Source: Amphibalanus amphitrite
Lineage: Eukaryota
Length of the DNA: 64,000 nucleotides
NCBI RefSeq assembly: GCF_019059575.1
Contig: NW_024881729.1
Span: 544,406 to 608,405, forward strand
Direction of reading: 5' to 3'
The number at the start of each line of letters is the position of its first letter. Position 1 is the first letter of the stretch. Shown one piece after another: positions 58,909-64,000 of the stretch. The notes beneath the pieces are model-generated. The model worked only from the letters and a program-made list of their open reading frames with translations, was not told the origin of the DNA and searched no databases. Made by a program: the position numbers and the translations under genes.

Positions 58909-59086
58909 GTGTTTGGTATGTCGCTGGAGGTGTTGCCCAACAAGCGGGACCTGCTGCTAGTTAACCAGCTCCCCGTGGTGGAAAATGCGCCGCCACTGCT
59001 CGCAGAGTCCGAGCTTCAGAAGCACGGCCTGCTCGTCGCCATACTGGCGCTCATCTTCATGAGTGGGGACGCCGGCGTGGATGAGG
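58909..59086 (+). CDS. NSMCE3: NSMCE3-like, exon 3 (VFGMSLEVLPNKRDLLLVNQLPVVENAPPLLAESELQKHGLLVAILALIFMSGDAGVDE)
   Basis: Core of the MAGE homology domain (the VFG..L.EV.. and LL..L.LI.M.G. pattern). CCCCAG acceptor; G|GTACGT donor. Confidence 0.8.
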
Positions 59087-59510
59087 GTACGTAGATAAAT
59101 CAGAGCGACTGCGGCGGACGGACGTACGCGGTACGTGGCATTGTTATCTGTCAGATGCGGGTTATTTTTGCTGTTAGAATTGCGTATCACAATAGAATCA
59201 ATGATCAAAGAATAAAGAGTATCATTGTCCTGTATGGTGGCCCTGTGTAACTTAGCGTCTCCAGGTATCAGGATCTGTGGCAACGGGTATAGACAGAACC
59301 CCTGCGGTTTTGAATCCGACATGTTCGGAGCGGTGATGAGCCACAGAAACCGATGCGCTCCCCGCAGCTGTGGTAGAGCGACATGACGACCGGTTCCGTC
59401 AGTAATCTCATTAGTTTAAGTCTGAGCTCCGAGCGCTGGTGCTGCGCCGCCGTGGATCTGTATTTGTGTGACTAACGGGAGCGATTCCCCGTCCCTATTC
59501 CGCCGGGTAG

Positions 59511-59599
59511 ATACGCTGTGGAGGTTCCTGTCAAAGCTGGGCGTCCACAAGGACCATAAGCACGAGTGTTTCGGCAACGTGAGGAAACTGGTGACCGAG
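59511..59599 (+). CDS. NSMCE3: NSMCE3-like, exon 4 (DTLWRFLSKLGVHKDHKHECFGNVRKLVTE)
   Basis: GGGTAG acceptor; GAG|GTAAGT donor. Conserved MAGE block (W..L...GV.....H...G..RKL.T). Confidence 0.75.
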
Positions 59600-59963
59600 G
59601 TAAGTCAATGGGGCTGTGAGGCTAGTCAGCCTCTTCACACTACCATTAATTATGAGGCCGGTGAGAAGTGCATTAGGCTAGTCAGGAACGTATGACCGAG
59701 GTTTTTACCAGGGGTGGCGGACCGTGCTGACGAGTAATGACTGGTGTGACTGATGACTGATAAGTGACTGATATGACTGTTGTCACGGCAGCTGAACGCC
59801 TCACTGAGGTGTTACTGGAGTTCTGTCACGCCGGCTATGATCTTTCGTGTTTGACGCTGGCAGGAGTTTTGTCGCGACAGCTATAATGTGTAGTTTGTCT
59901 AACGTCGACAGGATTTCTGTCGCGCCGGCTATGATTTGACTAACTGGCTTCTGACGTCGACAG

Positions 59964-60095
59964 GAGTTTTGTCGCGCCGGCTACCTGCGTAAAGAGGAGG
60001 AGGTGGTGAAGGGTGTCACGGTGCTACGGTTCTTCTGGGGAGACGCCGCTTCTGTGGGTGTCGACGCCGTCGACCTGCTCAAGTTCGTCTGTACG
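59964..60095 (+). CDS. NSMCE3: NSMCE3-like, exon 5 (EFCRAGYLRKEEEVVKGVTVLRFFWGDAASVGVDAVDLLKFVCT)
   Basis: CGACAG acceptor; ACG|GTGAGA donor. Two degenerate tandem copies of the acceptor plus exon start lie upstream. Confidence 0.75.
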
Positions 60096-60364
60096 GTGAG
60101 ACACTCTTCGAGCTGAGTGAACGGAAATTGGGGAAGCATTCGAAAGTAATGGAAGTATGAATGGTAAGCTAACGAGTGGTGGGTTGATTTAGGAACTCTA
60201 CACAAGGGAAGTTACGTAAGCGGGACGCTTAGAGGGAGGAGTTGAGTGAGAAACTCCAGAGTCCCGAAGAGGGTGTGTATATTATCACCGATATCACTAA
60301 ATGTATTCTAGTTGCCCTGCGAGCGCCGTTGATCGTCCCGTCTCCCCCCCCCCCCTCCCCACAG

Positions 60365-60472
60365 ATCTGGGGTGACGAGGTGGAGCCAGAGCAGTGGCAG
60401 GAGCAGTATGAGCGCGCGCTGCAGCTGCAGGAGGCCCGCGAGCAGCGCGAACAGGCTCGGCAGCAGCAGTGA
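60365..60472 (+). CDS. NSMCE3: NSMCE3-like, terminal exon (IWGDEVEPEQWQEQYERALQLQEAREQREQARQQQ*)
   Basis: CCCACAG acceptor; TGA at 60470-60472. The six exons total 807 nt (268 aa). Confidence 0.7.
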   Translation: MWGDEVEPEQWQEQYERALQLQEAREQREQARQQQ

Positions 60473-61714
60473 CGGCCCGCGGTCCGTGCCACGGGCGCCC
60501 CGCGGCTCAGAGTGTGAGAGGAGCCTGCAGTACAAACTGGTAAGCTGTGGAAGGTAACGCGGGTAGCGCCGCGAGGTGGAGAGTGTTCGACCCGGGACTT
60601 TGTGCTGGGAGCGCGGACGGTGCTTGAAGTTCGGAATCAGTTGGCGAAGAGGTGCTTCAGACCTTCTGTCTAAGCCCAACGTCATGAGATTATTGTGTGA
60701 GATTTGATACCGAGGTGGTTCTGATGTACCGATGACAGGCTTGTCAAAGTAGCGCCTCATACTGAACAATTACGTTGCATTCGATGTCATTTTCATAACT
60801 GCCACCCGACTATCCCCGGGGTTTTCGCTTGTGCCTGGATTTGTCCACCATATGGACCACACTCACTCATCACATGTTGCCCCGGCTGCGTCCGTGATCA
60901 ACGCACCCGATTCGGACTTTCGGACGGAAAAGCCATAGCTCGTCCGGGCGCTCTAGCGGCTTCGTCCTCGCTTGTACCTGAGCTTTCACGGCATCGAGTG
61001 TCTGTGCACGGTGTGTTGATTGTGCTTTGATTGTTCGCGAAGATACAACGTTGTTCCTTATCTTATGTGATGAACTGGAAGAATCGTGGATTTTCTGGGG
61101 CACACACCCGAACCACACATTAAGCGGAATGTATACTGTATGTATTTTATCACAGTCAATATCGGCTCCGACGGGGCCCGCCGCGCCTCGGTGCCCGATC
61201 TGCGGGACCTCCAGGGTCCGGCGCCCAGCCGAGGAGTCACCCTCAGGGACCAGCTCCTGATCTGATGTACCCTGTTACAGTGCACAACAAAAACCACCGT
61301 GCCAATCCATACCGAACAACAGTTGTCACAAGCACCCGCAGTCGACACGTCAACCGTGCTACCACAACACGTATCGCAGTTCGCACAGAAATAACAATCA
61401 TCTCGCAAGCTTACATAAAATATTGAGCACAACAGCATCAAAATAGCCCGGTGATAACGCTCTCATTACAGCTCGTCATTAGGACACAGAGTTCACAGAG
61501 GACAGTTCCTGACAATACCATGTCGTATGACCGTCCGCCGATGCCCCCAGGGCCCGGCGGATTTACACAGATTAAAGCAGGACGACGCTCCGAGCCGGCG
61601 GGGCGACCACTGGCCCGCGCGGTCTCAGACACGCGAAAAGTACCGCAGGCCCGGGCGGGGAGCGTCGCGGGTTATCACAGCGCCAAGAGTTCAGCCAACA
61701 CCCACGGTCGGCTG

Positions 61715-61939
61715 TTATGCGCCCGGCTCGGGCCGCCTAGTTGCCGATTTGGCCGCCTGGCGGCGCGCTCGGACAATCTGTAGATGTCGCTGTATGTAGT
61801 CTTCGTCGGGCGCCAGCCGAGCTGCCCGCTCCAGACACTGCTGGGCGCGCTCCAGGTCGTCCCGCTTCACGTGGACTACGCAGAGGTTGTGCAATCCCTG
61901 CACGTGATCCGGATCCACGCGCAGAATCTGCTCGTAACA
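61715..61939 (-). CDS. TPR-repeat (TMTC-like) gene, terminal exon (CYEQILRVDPDHVQGLHNLCVVHVKRDDLERAQQCLERAARLAPDEDYIQRHLQIVRARRQ..*)
   Basis: CCCGCAG acceptor; stop at 61715-61717. TPR-like helices. Confidence 0.55.
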   Translation of the reverse strand, partial: CYEQILRVDPDHVQGLHNLCVVHVKRDDLERAQQCLERAARLAPDEDYIQRHLQIVRARRQAAKSATRRPEPGA

Positions 61940-62219
61940 CTGCGGGCGACAGAGCGAGGGAGCAGGTAAGAGAATGAACGATAGAGCGCGGGGGAAATGA
62001 GCGCCATCCACCGGCCACCGCCGCCGGCCGCTAACCACTCAGGCGTTCAAAACTGACCGACCACGGAAACAGTGCAACGCAAGCAATAGTTGATCACTCA
62101 TTAAGCCATACATTAAGCCATACAGCATTACTTTTGATCACGCCACCAAGCTGCCGATTCGGGACCCATAGACAGCCTGAGAACGCCTCCTACCGGTTTG
62201 CCGTACCCACGCAGCCCAC

Positions 62220-62414
62220 CTTTTGCGCCTCGTCCAGGTCCTCGATGTTGTTGATGTAGATGTCTCCGAGCAGGATGAGCGCCTTGACGTGGTCCGGGTG
62301 ATGTTGTACCAGCCGGGTGAGGAAGGGCACGGCCTCCAGCGGCCGGCCGGCGTCACTCAGCAGCAGCGCCAGGTTAAACAGCGCCGAACGGAACTCGGGA
62401 CGCACCTCCACCGC
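62220..62414 (-). CDS. TMTC-like, TPR exon (AVEVRPEFRSALFNLALLLSDAGRPLEAVPFLTRLVQHHPDHVKALILLGDIYINNIEDLDEAQK)
   Basis: CTCTCCAG acceptor; AAG|GTGGGC donor, phase 0. Confidence 0.55.
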
Positions 62415-62644
62415 CTGGAGAGGGGACCGGCGGGAATCAGCCTACTGAGAACACACAGCGCGGCTTTACAGAGGAAACTGAGCATACTAGGCACGCATCA
62501 ACACTAAGGCTACCTCAACTTCGAACTGCCCGCTTGGCCGACCAGCCCGCGCCGCTAAACCACTTACACGATGGACGCGGGGTGCCGAAATGAGCTCAGT
62601 CACAGTTTGAACAGTCACTCTAGTCCTTGGCTCGCATTACTCAC

Positions 62645-62926
62645 CTTTTTGAGCCAGGCCTCGGCGGGCACCAGGTCGTGGTCGTCCATGGCCAGCATGC
62701 CCAGGTTGAAGTAGACCCTGTCGAGTCCGACGGCCGACGGTCGGAGCGCGATGAGCCGGTGGAGCCGCTGGTAGGCGAGCGGCCGCCGCTCCGGGGGCCC
62801 CTCCTCCTGGATAATCACCGCCGAGTTGAGCAGCGCCTGCTGGTGGTCGGGGTCGTGCTCGAGCGCTCTGTCCAGGTAGGCCTGCGCCTCAGCCTGGAGG
62901 CCCTGCTCCAGACACACCACGCCCAG
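62645..62926 (-). CDS. TMTC-like, TPR exon (LGVVCLEQGLQAEAQAYLDRALEHDPDHQQALLNSAVIIQEEG..LGMLAMDDHDLVPAEAWLKK)
   Basis: CTGTTACAG acceptor; AAG|GTGAGT donor. It is preceded, in the transcript 5' direction, by two pseudo-copies. Confidence 0.55.
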
Positions 62927-63837
62927 CTGTAACAGACGAGAGAAGAGGAGGGAGGGGTGTTAGAGCATACAACTCCAGTCCCTGGGCCTGGAGGCCCTGC
63001 TCCAGACACACCACGCCCAGCTGTAACAGAGAGGAGTAGGGGGAGGGAGGGATGTTAGAGCACGCAACTCCAGTTCCTGGGCCTGGAGACCCTGCTTCAG
63101 ACACACCACGCCCAGCTGAGGAAGGGAGAGGAGATGGTGTGTTAGACAACCAAATACTGCGGTAGTCTCACAGCGAAATGAGCCCACGAGAAGAAGCGAA
63201 GACGGAGAGGAGGATGTAATCATTACGTTTACTAATCAATCACGTTTTGTTCTGTTGCGAGCTACACAACATAGCGTCTGGCACACAGCCCGTCAGTGAA
63301 GATAAGCCCACGCCGTGTGTGCTAGGCGGCCACCCCATCTCACATCATTTTCTCGGGAATCGGATGGTCCGCAGCCCCCACACCCCGTCCCAGTCGCCAT
63401 GGCGGCCCGGGTGGTAACACGACGCCTGACGCCGTATCGCGGGCCAACAGACGTCCGGCCATCGGCCCGCACTGCACACAACAGTGTGGTAAAGGAAATA
63501 CTACCACCAGACACCGCCCAGCAACACTGAACGCCCCAGCCCCCACCGACAGTGTGTATACTGTCTACATAACCACAGCCACAACAGGCTCCAACAGCCA
63601 GAACAGGGGGAGGGGTGGGTTGGGCCCCCGGCAATGGATAGTTAAATGACACGCTGAATGACTGGCAGGCTAGCCCACTGGCTGGCTGGCTAGCTGGCTG
63701 GCTGAAATAACTAACGACTAAATGAACAACGGACTGACTCACGGAAAATGACTGCTGTAAGGGAAGAGATCGGATTATCAGTAACACCCATTGACCAATG
63801 TAGCACCGACTGGTCCCGTTCACTCACGTTATAGTAG

Positions 63838-64000
63838 ATGTCCGGGTTGTGACTATCGTAGGTGAGCGCCGTCTCGTAGACCCGGCGCGCCTCCTGCGTA
63901 CGGTTCAGCTTGATGAGCACATCACCCCTGTTGATGTAGGCCTGCGTGTAGTCGGCCCTCATGCCGATCGCCTGTCGGTAGAGAGCGTCCGCCTCCTCCA
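63838..64000 (-). CDS. TMTC-like, TPR exon, partial; the gene continues beyond the window (..RADYTQAYINRGDVLIKLNRTQEARRVYETALTYDSHNPDIYYN)
   Basis: AAC|GTGAGT donor at 63832-63837. The frame is open to the window edge. Confidence 0.5.

Overview
This is a eukaryotic (animal-type) nuclear genomic window, not a prokaryotic one. Coding sequence is GC-rich, multi-exon and bounded by canonical GT..AG introns, and the intergenic and intronic DNA is AT-rich and full of transposons. The provided ORF track calls GTG/TTG/CTG as starts, so many of its 'M' residues are not real methionines.

I reconstructed six host genes by splicing exons by eye:
- 2753-8186 (+): a roughly 1486-aa Pro/Ala/Ser-rich low-complexity protein of unknown function. 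It has one 3.5-kb exon holding about 20 tandem 11-aa repeats of PSPRQ[ED]xHxxQ.
- 9227-15521 (-): a 13-exon RAD54-like SNF2 DNA-repair ATPase of 756 aa, with all helicase motifs recognisable.
- about 30129-38449 (+): a gene with a ubiquitin-like N-terminus, an IQ motif and a Cys-rich C-terminus. My best guess is IQUB-like.
- 46168-48644 (-): a small 4-pass transmembrane protein of 173 aa, identity unknown.
- 57740-60472 (+): a 6-exon MAGE-homology-domain gene of 268 aa, i.e. an NSE3/NSMCE3 orthologue.
- 61715 to beyond 64000 (-): a TPR-repeat, TMTC-like gene that runs off the window.

The accessory content is rich:
- A near-intact, very young BEL/Pao LTR retrotransposon at 39084-45288. Its LTRs are 237 bp with one mismatch, the target-site duplication is GGCAG, and it carries an uninterrupted 1852-aa Gag-Pol ORF.
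- A 5'-truncated, frameshifted LINE at 32302-34837 with an RT-RNaseH-CCHC layout, a 10-bp target-site duplication and a (CAA)n tail. It sits inside an intron of the IQUB-like gene.
- Two 5'-truncated CR1/RTE-like LINE fragments.
- A Foldback-type element at about 22038-24692 whose arms are tandem 14-18-bp arrays.
- A larger candidate element around it, with long inverted termini built from GTTCCCAnnnnTGGGAAC palindromes.
- A piggyBac-like TTAA-flanked nonautonomous element carrying G12/C-run hairpins.
- A 1.2-kb TIR element with related hairpins.
- Two tandem TA-flanked Tc1/mariner-like nonautonomous elements.
- A family of small TIR elements (MITE-like) built from GGCTCC/GGAGTC hexamer arrays.
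- A 95-bp perfect inverted-repeat pair 3.5 kb apart.
- Composite palindromes.

The most unusual recurring pattern is tandem duplication, two to four times, of a short unit made of an intron 3' end, the AG acceptor and the first 35-60 nt of the exon, sitting immediately upstream of real exons. I see this in at least four genes in the window, plus one donor-side example.
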